Shown here in pieces: positions 36,911-45,601 of a stretch of 64,000 bases of DNA. A program made the position numbers and the translations under genes. Where the stretch lies: NCBI GenBank assembly GCA_017473085.1, contig JAFUNF010000020.1, forward strand, positions 21,523 to 85,522. The letters are read 5' to 3'. The DNA is from Clostridia bacterium. GTDB taxonomy: Bacteria > Bacillota > Clostridia > Oscillospirales > CAG-272. How positions within the stretch are numbered: position 1 is the first letter of the stretch; every line of letters begins with the position of its first letter. The notes below the pieces were generated by a model. It did no database searches. It was not told where the DNA came from and saw only the letters and a program-made list of their open reading frames with translations.

Positions 36911-37012
36911 TAGAAACCAGCCATTCACAAAGTCCACACCACCTCATAAACAAAAAAGTGCCACCCTGTGTCCAATTTTTCAACACTTTAGCACTTTAGT
37001 TCATTAAAATTT

Positions 37013-37054
37013 AACAAAAAAGGCTATCGCAAAAGCAATAGTCATTCTCGTTTA
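37013..37054. repeat. Direct repeat copy A (degenerate terminator segment) bounding the islet
   Basis: aacaaaaaaggctatcgcaaaagcaatagtcattctcgttta matches 40516-40557, differing by 2 substitutions and 2 single-base indels. Confidence 0.75.
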
Positions 37055-37086
37055 TCATTTACTTGTTTTTTTGTAGAGCCACTAAT

Positions 37087-37129
37087 CAATTGTCAATCCT
37101 TTGGAGACGAGGAACTGTCCCTTGTCTTC
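37087..37129. repeat. MITE-like repeat family, right-arm fragment
   Basis: caattgtcaatcctttGGAGACGAGGaactgtcCCTTGTCTtc. Confidence 0.7.
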
Positions 37130-37155
37130 TTTCCCCGTCTTTTTTTGGTGTCACC

Positions 37156-37977
37156 TTATTTGATTCTTATTAAGATTGAGTCTACTAATCTTGGCATATA
37201 TGTTGATGCTCCAACGCCAATAATTTGTGGTTCGCACTTCTTTTTAGCACTGTTGAGGTAAGTAGCTAAAGAATAACAGCGAACACAATGGTTGTAATAA
37301 GTTTTGATAGGCTCATCGTATGAAGCATTAGCATTTTGTATAGACAACTTGCTTTTTAAAAAATTTCTTTCCGAATCGGTTATTTCAAGCCAATCCGACG
37401 AAGAAACCGTTTCAACTTGAAAAATGCGATTCACTCTGCCCGAATAAAGTCCGATACCACCTGCCAATGATAATGAATCAATAATAAAAAACACATTTGG
37501 ACACATAAAGTGTAGGAATTTACTGCAAAAAGAAACGACGTTTTCGCTTCCATCTCCCATAGAATCTTTTATCATATTATTGAGAAGGTTTACACAATAC
37601 ACGCAATCATTCAAAATGGATATATCATGCCCAAAGGTAAATGAGTATGTTTTTGAATTCAAATTATCCAACTTATCATACAGTTTTTTATAATCAGGAT
37701 GATTTACGATTGAATTAGCTATTTTATCAAATGATAGTCCTAATCCTTCACTCTTCACAAGTGAAGTGGCACTTCTTGTAGGATCAGCAGAGTATGCTTT
37801 TCCGATAATCCAAATTGCACTGCTAAGCTTTCCAACATTGTATGTAGTATCCGACGGATGAGGCATAATGCTGAAATTAAAGCTCTTGTACAATACCTCA
37901 TTTCCATAGACATAATTGATTTTATTGACTTCATCAACATGTTTCAAAAATTCGTTTTCCGTAAATGCTATGGGCAT
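37156..37977 (-). CDS. Hypothetical protein (273 aa)
   Basis: Clean ORF with a GGAGGG RBS in A+T-rich DNA. No family recognised with confidence. Confidence 0.7.
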   Translation of the reverse strand: MPIAFTENEFLKHVDEVNKINYVYGNEVLYKSFNFSIMPHPSDTTYNVGKLSSAIWIIGKAYSADPTRSATSLVKSEGLGLSFDKIANSIVNHPDYKKLYDKLDNLNSKTYSFTFGHDISILNDCVYCVNLLNNMIKDSMGDGSENVVSFCSKFLHFMCPNVFFIIDSLSLAGGIGLYSGRVNRIFQVETVSSSDWLEITDSERNFLKSKLSIQNANASYDEPIKTYYNHCVRCYSLATYLNSAKKKCEPQIIGVGASTYMPRLVDSILIRIK

Positions 37978-38030
37978 ATTTGTACCCTCCTATTTGTTTC
38001 TTTATAATTTATGTGATGTTTTTTTAGAAA

Positions 38031-38160
38031 GATAGGGGATGTGGTATGTCTTTTCCCCTGTCGGCAAGCCGAGACATTGAGTGCCAAAAGGCACCCTTGT
38101 CTCTTTTTTGAGTTAATTAAATATCAATCCTTTGGAGACGAGGAACCGTCCCTTGTCTCC
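38031..38160. repeat. MITE-like repeat, full-length copy (~130 bp)
   Basis: The left end is gataggggatgtggtatgtc and the core is ctgtcggcaagccgagac..gtgccaaaaggcac..gttaattaaat. The right end is a hairpin, GGAGACGAGGaaccgtcCCTTGTCTCC. Confidence 0.8.
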
Positions 38161-38513
38161 ACGTTATCCACCTCTGTTATAAATATTCCAAATTGCTCAT
38201 TATCTTTTGTAGAGCCAAATTGTTCTGCTGTGGTATAGTACTCCAAAGTTAAAAATTGTTCATCTATTTCTATTTCAGATGGTTCTTTGAGCATAATTTC
38301 ATTAAAAATTTTCAATAAAACGGTGCGTTCTATTTTTTCTTTTTCACAACTAAAATCTATATGTGATTTTTGAAAGTTATCAATTTTCCAACTATAATCC
38401 TCTTTTTGTATCTGCTCCAGCTTTATTTCGTATTTATCACATACGCTATTAATTCGTTTAATTAATCTTGCAGTATTATCTTTGCAATGAATAATAAATC
38501 CACTAATTTTCAT
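38124..38513 (-). CDS. Hypothetical protein (129 aa); the last 11 codons lie in the repeat
   Basis: The ORF ends ..ETRDGSSSPKD*, with the tail and the TGA stop supplied by the MITE-like element. Confidence 0.6.
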   Translation of the reverse strand: MKISGFIIHCKDNTARLIKRINSVCDKYEIKLEQIQKEDYSWKIDNFQKSHIDFSCEKEKIERTVLLKIFNEIMLKEPSEIEIDEQFLTLEYYTTAEQFGSTKDNEQFGIFITEVDNVETRDGSSSPKD

Positions 38514-38547
38514 TTATGAGTATACGTCCTTTCCATGATACATTAAT

Positions 38548-38568
38548 GAGAGACGATTCCTTGTCTCC
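38548..38568. repeat. Short derivative of the repeat hairpin
   Basis: gagagacgattccttgtctcc. Confidence 0.4.
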
Positions 38569-39192
38569 TCATTCAGAAAAATCATGATATTCACCAAAAT
38601 ATGTATCGATAAATGATGTCCAATTCTCCTTTGTATTGTTAATATATTTATCATCAACTCCTTGATTTTCTTCATAGAATCCAATAAAACATAAGGAGTG
38701 ATTTTCGTCATTATAACTTGCCATTGTGAAAAATGTTGGCACCTTAGCATAATGATGTATTTCCAGAAAATTAATATTTCTGTAGAACTTGTAGTTGCCA
38801 TAGGTGTATATTTCCTCATTTTCGATAGGAATTTCTTCCAACATACATTCTTTTGCTAAAGCATATGTTTCTTCATCGTACTTTAAAAATATTAAACTGA
38901 TTGTAGGAGCTCCATTTAATTTAGCTGGATCTTCTTCATAAAAACTATATTTACCCTCTAAATATTCAAAATCTCTCAAAAAACTCTGAGTTGGCAAAAA
39001 ATATTCTGGGTCATCAATTTCGTACACAGAAAATCCAGAATTGCTTCTTGGATCTTCAATTTTTTCAATGTATTCGTCCAAAGACGAATAATTGTAATCT
39101 ACATAGCAAGATGTCAAACAAAAAACTAAGATTAGCATTAGTATAAAAAAGTAATTATAAATTTTTTTCATTTTTGATTTTTCTAACTCCAT
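38569..39192 (-). CDS. Hypothetical lipoprotein (about 200 aa)
   Basis: Signal peptide with an LTSC lipobox. The start could be 39192 or the ATG at 39171. A+T-rich. Confidence 0.7.
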   Translation of the reverse strand: MELEKSKMKKIYNYFFILMLILVFCLTSCYVDYNYSSLDEYIEKIEDPRSNSGFSVYEIDDPEYFLPTQSFLRDFEYLEGKYSFYEEDPAKLNGAPTISLIFLKYDEETYALAKECMLEEIPIENEEIYTYGNYKFYRNINFLEIHHYAKVPTFFTMASYNDENHSLCFIGFYEENQGVDDKYINNTKENWTSFIDTYFGEYHDFSE

Positions 39193-39202
39193 TCTAATAA
39201 GC

Positions 39203-39307
39203 GAGACAGGTTTAAAACATAGAACGGTGATATGTCTATTTTCCTTGTCCCTTTTTCAGTTAATTAAACGTCAATCCTTTGGAGACGAGGAAGTGTTCCC
39301 TGTCTCC
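39203..39307. repeat. MITE-like repeat, shorter copy (~105 bp)
   Basis: gagacagg..ggtgatatgtc..cagttaattaaacgtcaatcctttGGAGACGAGGaagtgttCCCTGTCTCC. It lacks the gtcggcaag..ggcaccc core. Confidence 0.8.
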
Positions 39308-39322
39308 GTTAGAGCCTTCAAT

Positions 39323-39709
39323 TTAAGTGTTTTTATTTTGTATTTTTCTCAATTCTTTTATAATCCATTTAAGAGATTCTATAAATTCTTCATCATCTTT
39401 CCAAGAGAAGAACTTCACTCTGTTTTTTCGATCAATTTCTAAAATTTCAGTAGCATCTGTCAAATGTTCAAAATCCAATGAGTCGACTAAAATAATTTTT
39501 CCTTGCTGATCTATAGCAGAAAAGCTCAAATAAATTATCTTTGGATACTTTTCCTTCTTCGCATCCATTGCTTCACCGATAGATATATCAATCGAATATC
39601 CCAACAGTTTCGCCAAAGAACTGATTTCCAAAAAATATTCGCTATTTTTTAAAATTTGAATTTCATTTTTGCAGTAATAATCAAGAGTTTGCATTACGCT
39701 TTGATTCAT
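39323..39709 (-). CDS. Hypothetical protein (128 aa)
   Basis: Clean ORF with a GGAGAA RBS that ends 16 nt before the repeat. No family recognised. Confidence 0.65.
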   Translation of the reverse strand: MNQSVMQTLDYYCKNEIQILKNSEYFLEISSLAKLLGYSIDISIGEAMDAKKEKYPKIIYLSFSAIDQQGKIILVDSLDFEHLTDATEILEIDRKNRVKFFSWKDDEEFIESLKWIIKELRKIQNKNT

Positions 39710-39748
39710 ATTATATTCTCCTTAAATTCCACCAAATTCACCGACCTA

Positions 39749-39803
39749 CAGTTCCAGCAACTTCCAGGGGAGACAGGAAATCTCCCCTGTCTCCATGGAA
39801 CTG
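39749..39803. repeat. Solo palindrome derived from the repeat terminus
   Basis: CAGTTCCAgcaacttccagGGGAGACAGGaaatctcCCCTGTCTCCaTGGAACTG. Confidence 0.6.
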
Positions 39804-39832
39804 CCTGCTTATTCATATACGTTAAATTGTGG

Positions 39833-39910
39833 TTGATTTTCTGTCGGCAAGCTAAGACGTTGGGTGTCAAAAGTCAATTTTATCAAAGCTTTTTCATTTT
39901 CATTTTAACA
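39833..39910. repeat. Repeat core fragment plus a 36-bp segment duplicated at 40462-40497
   Basis: ttctgtcggcaagctaagacgttgggtgtcaaaag, followed by caattttatcaaagctttttcattttcattttaaca. Confidence 0.6.
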
Positions 39911-40060
39911 CAAAGACAGGGGACGGTGGTGCAAAGACAGGGGACGGTGGTGTGTCTTTTTCTCTGTCGGTAAGCTGAGACGTTGGGTGTCAAAAGGCAC
40001 CCTTGTCCCTTTTTCAGTTAATTAAATGTCAATCCTTTGGAGACGAGAAGCTGTCTTCTG
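39911..40060. repeat. MITE-like repeat, full-length copy with duplicated left end
   Basis: caaagacaggggacggtggtg occurs twice in tandem (39911-39931 and 39932-39952). The core follows, then a degenerate right arm, ggagacgagaagctgtcttctgcc. Confidence 0.8.
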
Positions 40061-40391
40061 CCTTCTGTAACAGCATTTTTGCTGAAAAGCAAATTGTTGA
40101 ATCATCCGAAATATCAATTATTCTTTTTAAAACAAAAATAGCTTGCTTAACTAAAATTTCCATCTGCAAACAGAAAGAAGCTGCATTGACTTTTACCCTG
40201 TCATCTTCGTGATTAAGCAACATATACAATATATCTTCACTTGGATTTTGATTCATTTCATTCTGTAACTTATTGAGTTTTTTGGAAGCTTCATTATGCT
40301 TTTTAACTTTTAGTTTATTCGCATAGTCGTTTTTAGTACACTGTTGTAACGATAATTCCACAAATAAATTATAGTAATCTTTCATACACAT
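40029..40391 (-). CDS. DUF2019-like small helical protein (120 aa); tail in the repeat
   Basis: The pattern ..FVELSLQQ...NKL..K....SKKL......EDILYMLLNHEDDRVKVNAASFCLQ... resembles the DUF2019 family (from memory). The ORF ends ..SFSSPKD* inside the repeat. Confidence 0.6.
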   Translation of the reverse strand: MCMKDYYNLFVELSLQQCTKNDYANKLKVKKHNEASKKLNKLQNEMNQNPSEDILYMLLNHEDDRVKVNAASFCLQMEILVKQAIFVLKRIIDISDDSTICFSAKMLLQKAEDSFSSPKD

Positions 40392-40421
40392 ACCTTACAT
40401 AAACATCTTAATAACGTTAAT

Positions 40422-40497
40422 GGAGACAGGGGACTGTTCCTTGTCTCCTATTTCCGAAAGACAATTTTATCAAAGCTTTTTCATTTTCATTTTAACA
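40422..40497. repeat. Solo terminus palindrome plus the second copy of the 36-bp segment
   Basis: GGAGACAGGGgactgttCCTTGTCTCC (40422-40448), then caattttatcaaagctttttcattttcattttaaca (40462-40497). Confidence 0.6.
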
Positions 40498-40515
40498 TAA
40501 CAATTTAACTGTGTC

Positions 40516-40557
40516 AACAAAAAAAGGCTATCGCAAAAGCAATAGCCATCTTGTTTA
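40516..40557 (-). terminator. Intrinsic terminator of the 301-aa gene; also direct repeat copy B
   Basis: On the minus strand: GGCTATtgcttttgcgATAGCC followed by TTTTTTT. The 42-bp segment is repeated at 37013-37054. Confidence 0.7.
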
Positions 40558-41460
40558 GTTTGAGCCTGGAATTTGTGATACACCACTTAGCTCTGTGTGA
40601 GTATAGTCCTCGCTTGTAAAGAAAGCGAAAAGGCTTTCCAATTGGCTTTCACTTAGTGCGCCCTCGTGGATAAAGGAGATTACTCCATATCTGTCGATTA
40701 CAACAGTTGCAGGGTTGGAGCTAAAGCCAAAGGCATTTTCTATTCCTTGGTTGTCAATTGCAAGGGGTAAGGTCAAGTCAGGCACGTCAATTGGACTTGC
40801 CTCGGTGTTATTGTACTTATTGTAAACTGTATCAAAATTAGCAATAAAATTATTTATGCTTACTTGATTGTTTACAGAGTTAAGACCGATAAAGCCTGCT
40901 TTTTGGGAATGCTGGTCATATACCTTGTTCATATCGGGAAATTCCTTTACACAAAATGAACAGGTTGTGTACCAGAAGTTTAGCATAACCATTTCCTTGT
41001 CCTCAAGGATTTGAGAAAGGGTTAAGGTGTTGCCATTTTGGTCGGTCACAGTAAAGTCGTGCATAATATCGCCTAACTGATAACGAACATTTTCGTGGCT
41101 TTCGTTTATAAGCTGTGTTGTTAGTAAAATTTCAGTATTTGTGCCACCCAGTGTATAGCTTTCGCTATATTGATAGCCCTTTGGCACATCAGAAAGCAAA
41201 GCCGTTTTTGCTTCCTTTTCAAGATTTTCTACTGCTACTCGTCCGTTTTCATCGGTTGTCTTGTAATCCAAAAACTCTCCGTTTTCGTCTAAAAATTCAA
41301 CTGTTACATTTTGCAAAATCTTTCCTGTATCTGTTTTAATATCAACAACGTAGGAAAAGGTGCTTGGTGTAGGTGGTGGATTTTCCTCATTGTTACAGCC
41401 TACCAAGAAAAGCAAGGTAGTCAAGGCTAACACAAGGGAAATACATAAAAGCTTTTTCAT
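40555..41460 (-). CDS. Lipoprotein with TlpA-like thioredoxin domain (short paralogue of 33836..36823)
   Basis: 301 aa with lipobox LVGCNN. ..MVMLNFWYTTCSFCVKEFP.. (CxxC). It is collinear with aa 1-~300 of the 995-aa protein. Confidence 0.85.
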   Translation of the reverse strand: MKKLLCISLVLALTTLLFLVGCNNEENPPPTPSTFSYVVDIKTDTGKILQNVTVEFLDENGEFLDYKTTDENGRVAVENLEKEAKTALLSDVPKGYQYSESYTLGGTNTEILLTTQLINESHENVRYQLGDIMHDFTVTDQNGNTLTLSQILEDKEMVMLNFWYTTCSFCVKEFPDMNKVYDQHSQKAGFIGLNSVNNQVSINNFIANFDTVYNKYNNTEASPIDVPDLTLPLAIDNQGIENAFGFSSNPATVVIDRYGVISFIHEGALSESQLESLFAFFTSEDYTHTELSGVSQIPGSN

Positions 41461-41483
41461 TTCAATTCTCTTTTCTTTTTTTA

Positions 41484-42710
41484 TTAAAGCTTATTTTTTA
41501 GCTTTCTTCTTATTTTTGAGCCTTTTTTAAAAAGTCTAAGTCCAACGGAGTAAGCAAGCTTGCTATGGAAGATTTTTTGTCCTAAGCTTACCCTTCTTTT
41601 TGGTATAGCGATTACGGCGTTTTTGTCTTGCTTTATGCTTTTGCCCATTTGGGTGTTCATATACTCAATTACGCCTGCTACGTATGCATCCCTTTTATCG
41701 TAATTTACAGACACTTCCCCGCTTCTTTTTGAAATATCGTAAAGCATACTGTCAACTACGTCAAAGTTATCTCCTAAGAGTCCGTTTGCAATATAGCCCA
41801 CCTCGTCCTTGGGTCTTGATACCTCAAGTACCTCAACTCCATAGGCTTCCTTAATTACACTCTCAAGCTGTGGTAGCTCCAAGGATTTTGCAGTTGTATA
41901 TTGTACTCTTGACATTAGCTTGCCCCACTCACAAATACCTTCTTGTAGCTCAACTTCTGCGTTTTCCTTCATAAGTTTAATTGTTTTTGCCATTGAGTTG
42001 ATTTGTGAAAGTAGTCTTTTTTCGCAATTGTCAATATAAGTGCTTTGCTCATCGTGAACACGATAAAAGTAGTACCCTGTGTGGATATTTGATAGCTTTT
42101 TAGCATTCTTATAAGCAAAGAAGTTTAAAAGGGTGTCCTCGCTATAACCCATTCTTTCCATTATAGCATCAGTTTTTTCAAGCTCCCTTTTTGCTTGAAG
42201 AAGAAGTGATTTTTTATACACCTTATTCCACAAAACAAATAAGCTATGATATTTACCCTGTGCACCTGTAAAGTATTTGATAATTTCCTCATTTTCAAGG
42301 CAAAGGTCGTTTTTAATTGTAATATCGTCCTTAGGGTAAGCCTTTCCGTTTTTGCTATGGAATGCCCAATCATTTATAACTATATCGCAATTTTCTTCTA
42401 TTGCCTTTTTGAGCATTGGTGCGTAATAGTTTACTGATGCTGTATCGTCAGAATCGCAAAAGGCAACGTATTCCCCCTTAGCAATCATTAAGCCATAAAG
42501 ACGGCTTGCTAAGTGTCCTCTGTTGTCTGTTTTTACGTAGGTTGGCTTATAGTATTCCACAAGCTGTGAGTAATCCTGTGTTGAGCCATCGTCAATTACT
42601 AAAATCTCATAATCCTCCTTGTTAAGAGTGGATTTTGTAATTGAGGAAAGGCAATCCTTTAAATACTCTTTTTTAGTGTTGTAAAGACAAATAATTATAC
42701 TGAGCTTCAT
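41484..42710 (-). CDS. Family 2 glycosyltransferase
   Basis: 408 aa with MKLSIIICLYN.., VIDDGSTQDY and FCDSDD (DxD) motifs. Confidence 0.9.
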   Translation of the reverse strand: MKLSIIICLYNTKKEYLKDCLSSITKSTLNKEDYEILVIDDGSTQDYSQLVEYYKPTYVKTDNRGHLASRLYGLMIAKGEYVAFCDSDDTASVNYYAPMLKKAIEENCDIVINDWAFHSKNGKAYPKDDITIKNDLCLENEEIIKYFTGAQGKYHSLFVLWNKVYKKSLLLQAKRELEKTDAIMERMGYSEDTLLNFFAYKNAKKLSNIHTGYYFYRVHDEQSTYIDNCEKRLLSQINSMAKTIKLMKENAEVELQEGICEWGKLMSRVQYTTAKSLELPQLESVIKEAYGVEVLEVSRPKDEVGYIANGLLGDNFDVVDSMLYDISKRSGEVSVNYDKRDAYVAGVIEYMNTQMGKSIKQDKNAVIAIPKRRVSLGQKIFHSKLAYSVGLRLFKKGSKIRRKLKNKL

Positions 42711-42849
42711 TTTTCTCTCCCGATTTGATTTTCTTCATATATTTTAACATTTCAAGGCTAAATTGTCAACAGATTATAGAGCCACATAAGGAATATTTTG
42801 TCGATTTTAGTAAACTAAAATTTCTTTTGGTTAAAATTACCTATTTTTA

Positions 42850-42878
42850 TTGACTTTTAGTACGTTTTATATTATACT
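42850..42878 (+). promoter_or_regulatory. Candidate promoter of the glycoside hydrolase gene
   Basis: TTGACT, 17 nt, TATACT. The leader contains a hairpin, AAGAGCATACCCgtaGGGTATTCTCTT (42885-42911). Confidence 0.5.
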
Positions 42879-42944
42879 ATCCCTAAGAGCATACCCGTAG
42901 GGTATTCTCTTATAACACGTTTTTCGCAAGGAGATTTCAAAAAA

Positions 42945-44912
42945 ATGAAGCCACAAAAAATCAGAGTAACTCCAGATATGCTTATCAACGATATGGGCAT
43001 TGAAAGGATTGAAAACTTTTTCTGTGAGTTTGACAATGACGGCGACCCTCTATATGGCATTGAGGGACAAAAGCCACAGGTACACCCAAGACACGACCAC
43101 TGGTGGGTTGGACAGACTGATTTAGCATTTACTGTTGATTTGGGTGCTATCTATCAAATTACAAATATGTACATTTACAACGACTACGACGAATACAAGC
43201 CTGAAAAGGATAAGCACGACTATGGTGTTCGTAAGGTTAAGGTTAAGATGGGTACTCCATTTAGCTGGGAATACAACGAGGAGCTTGCTCCCGAGGTTAG
43301 AAAATGGACTGGCTTTGAAACAAGCTACAAGACCCAATATATTAACTTCTCCTTCAATAATAACCAAGCACCAAGTGAAATTCTTATTTACGGCTACAAG
43401 GTTGAGGACGTTGAGAATATTATACCTGAAAGAAAGCCACATAAAAAATCAAAGCTTACACACTTCGTTGGTATGAACGCATTCATTAACGATGCTGACG
43501 ATATTAACCGTGCAGTTACTTATATTCGTGAGTACCACCCTTGGACCTGGACCTGTGAGGGCGAGGGCTCTGACGTTTCCATTTCTATGAATCCATCTCT
43601 TAACAAGATGTGGGACTTCGACGATTACTACACAAGACTTCACAAATATGGCATTAGCGTATGCCCTACACTCTCCACACACAGTAAGAGATTACCTAAG
43701 GACGGTGTTGAGCCAAGTGACGACCCAAGCAACTTCTTGTCCTATGCTTCAATGCTATTCCAATTTGTTGCTCGTTATGGTAGCAATAAGGATATTGACC
43801 CTGAGCTTATTAAGGTTGGCGAGGGACAGGAAAAGAAAATCGGTCTTGGCGTATTAAACGCCCTTGAGCCACTAAATGAGCCTGACGGCACATGGCTTGG
43901 CAGAGGTCAATACTTCTCTCCATTTGAAATGGCAGCGCTTCTCTCTATCTGCTACGACGGACACGAGGGCAAGTTTAAAAACGCAGGCGTTAAGCAGGCT
44001 GACCCTAACTTCTTTATGTCTATGTCAGGTGGTGCAGGCTTGCACCTTGGCAGACTCCGTGCTATGCAATTCTGGTGCAAGTACAACAGAAAGGACGGAA
44101 AATTGCCATTTGATGCTATCAATGCTCACTGCTACTGCGGTAAGAGTGTTGACAAGGAAGGTATCATTGCTCTTGTCGACGTAAATATTGACGACAGAGA
44201 CGCACTTAGCGAAAAGGTTTACGTTGGTGTCAGCCCAGAGGAAGGCGATATTTGTGGTCGCTTCGCTGATATTATGGATTGGCGTGACAGATACTATCCA
44301 GATATGGAAATTTGGCTAACTGAATTTGGTTGGGACACTAACCAAAGCTACAAGACCTCAACCTCATCTCACGCCTATGGCAAATACACAGGCAGACAGG
44401 TACAGGGTATGTGGCTTGTACGTGAGTATTTGCTCCTTACCTCTATCGGTGTTGAAAGAGCTGCTATGTATATGTCAAGAGACTGTGGTCCTGAGGAGCA
44501 CGCAATTGGTAAGTATGGCTCTTCTGGTCTTGTAAGATACCCAATTGAAATCTCAGCAAACAACGTAATTATGGGTAATAAGAAGGACTCCTTCTATTAC
44601 GTATATACAACAAAGGAAATTCTTAAGGACACCTACTTCGATTGCGAGGTTGACTCTGGCAACGAAAACGTTAAAATCTTTAAGTACGTAACAGACGAGG
44701 GCGAGGCAAAATATGCAGTTTGGTGCCCAACCTCTAACTCCACCGAGGTTAAGGACTTCAAGCTCCACGTTGGTCACGGCGACTTTATTCTTGCTCAGCT
44801 TGAATTTGAGCGTTACAACGGCTTACGCACCGACCTTGTGGAAGAAAACGGCTACGTAACAATCGACGTTTCCGAAAAGCCTGTCTTTGTAATCCCAAAG
44901 CCAGCAAAATAA
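42945..44912 (+). CDS. Clan GH-A-like glycoside hydrolase with N-terminal discoidin/CBM-like domain
   Basis: 655 aa. A candidate acid/base lies in LNALEPLNEPDG and a candidate nucleophile in IWLTEFGWD. No signal peptide. The family is not assignable by eye. Confidence 0.7.
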   Translation: MKPQKIRVTPDMLINDMGIERIENFFCEFDNDGDPLYGIEGQKPQVHPRHDHWWVGQTDLAFTVDLGAIYQITNMYIYNDYDEYKPEKDKHDYGVRKVKVKMGTPFSWEYNEELAPEVRKWTGFETSYKTQYINFSFNNNQAPSEILIYGYKVEDVENIIPERKPHKKSKLTHFVGMNAFINDADDINRAVTYIREYHPWTWTCEGEGSDVSISMNPSLNKMWDFDDYYTRLHKYGISVCPTLSTHSKRLPKDGVEPSDDPSNFLSYASMLFQFVARYGSNKDIDPELIKVGEGQEKKIGLGVLNALEPLNEPDGTWLGRGQYFSPFEMAALLSICYDGHEGKFKNAGVKQADPNFFMSMSGGAGLHLGRLRAMQFWCKYNRKDGKLPFDAINAHCYCGKSVDKEGIIALVDVNIDDRDALSEKVYVGVSPEEGDICGRFADIMDWRDRYYPDMEIWLTEFGWDTNQSYKTSTSSHAYGKYTGRQVQGMWLVREYLLLTSIGVERAAMYMSRDCGPEEHAIGKYGSSGLVRYPIEISANNVIMGNKKDSFYYVYTTKEILKDTYFDCEVDSGNENVKIFKYVTDEGEAKYAVWCPTSNSTEVKDFKLHVGHGDFILAQLEFERYNGLRTDLVEENGYVTIDVSEKPVFVIPKPAK

Positions 44913-44925
44913 TTAACCAATAATA

Positions 44926-44960
44926 AAACAAATCCGTGCTTCTCAGCACGGATTTTTGTT
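44926..44960. terminator. Bidirectional intrinsic terminator
   Basis: aaaacaaATCCGTGCTtctcAGCACGGATttttgttt. Confidence 0.7.
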
Positions 44961-44962
44961 TC

Positions 44963-45469
44963 TTAGGCGTTTAAATATTCATTGCATTTATCGGAAAAAC
45001 TTTTCAACCTTTTGGTTTGCCTTTCATATACCCGAAACATTGCCAATCGGCAAGTTGGATGTGCAGACCAAGAAATTATTTTCTTAGTACTATTTCTAAA
45101 ATTAATATCAATGGTAAACAATTTTTTCACTTGCATGCCATCAGACACAGTTATACTTATCAGACTATCCAAGGACAATTCTTCTTTTTTAAATCCAAAA
45201 CTTTCTCTAACTATCAATTTATTGCTCTCTACATCTAAGCATATGTAGGTTTTAAAAATCGTGAAATACATAAATACACAATAAGAAATCATTAAAAGCA
45301 AAAGAATAATCATAGCACCTTTTCTTTCGAACCCCAAAATCAAACCGACTATTGGAATAGCAGTTAAGAACAAAGCAGAAAATATTCCCAATATTCTTTC
45401 TAATATTGGCATTTGGTAAATAATAATTTTCTTATTCAAATTTTGTCTTTTTAAGTTCTTACCATCCAT
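44963..45469 (-). CDS. Hypothetical membrane protein (168 aa)
   Basis: Two TM helices followed by a soluble beta-rich domain, possibly bacterial PH-like (weak inference). Confidence 0.6.
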   Translation of the reverse strand: MDGKNLKRQNLNKKIIIYQMPILERILGIFSALFLTAIPIVGLILGFERKGAMIILLLLMISYCVFMYFTIFKTYICLDVESNKLIVRESFGFKKEELSLDSLISITVSDGMQVKKLFTIDINFRNSTKKIISWSAHPTCRLAMFRVYERQTKRLKSFSDKCNEYLNA

Positions 45470-45601
45470 ATCCCAATAACTCCACTAATTTCTTCAGGGT
45501 TAAGGCTAAACGTCTCAGCACTTTGATAATGATAATAATCACGGATTTCCAAATGCCTTTCGCTGTCATTACTATAATTAAACCTTTTTCCTCTACTATT
45601 A

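Noticed and set aside
38514-38819. 101-aa minus-strand ORF overlapping 38569..39192 in another frame
   Set aside because: It is almost entirely contained within the better-supported 207-aa lipoprotein ORF, has odd composition and no RBS. It is a frame-shadow ORF in A+T-rich DNA.
38041-40212. Plus-strand ORFs 38041..38238, 39227..39442, 39656..39973 and 40003..40212; three of them share an LIK.QSFGDE(E/K) peptide
   Set aside because: They start inside the repeat elements and run antisense into neighbouring genes. The shared peptide is simply the translated repeat. Differences between copies (tat/cgt/tgt) fall at first and second codon positions, so there is no sign of purifying selection on a protein. 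They also lack RBSs.
37013-40557. Integron-like cassette array (same-strand promoterless ORFs, each followed by an imperfect palindrome)
   Set aside because: No IntI-type tyrosine recombinase or attI is present. The palindromes lack the attC R''/R' cores (RYYYAAC / GTTRRRY); the closest match, GTTAATT, fails the third R. Integrons are essentially unreported in this phylum. I kept only the weaker statement (cassette-like layout, MITE-like elements) in the findings.
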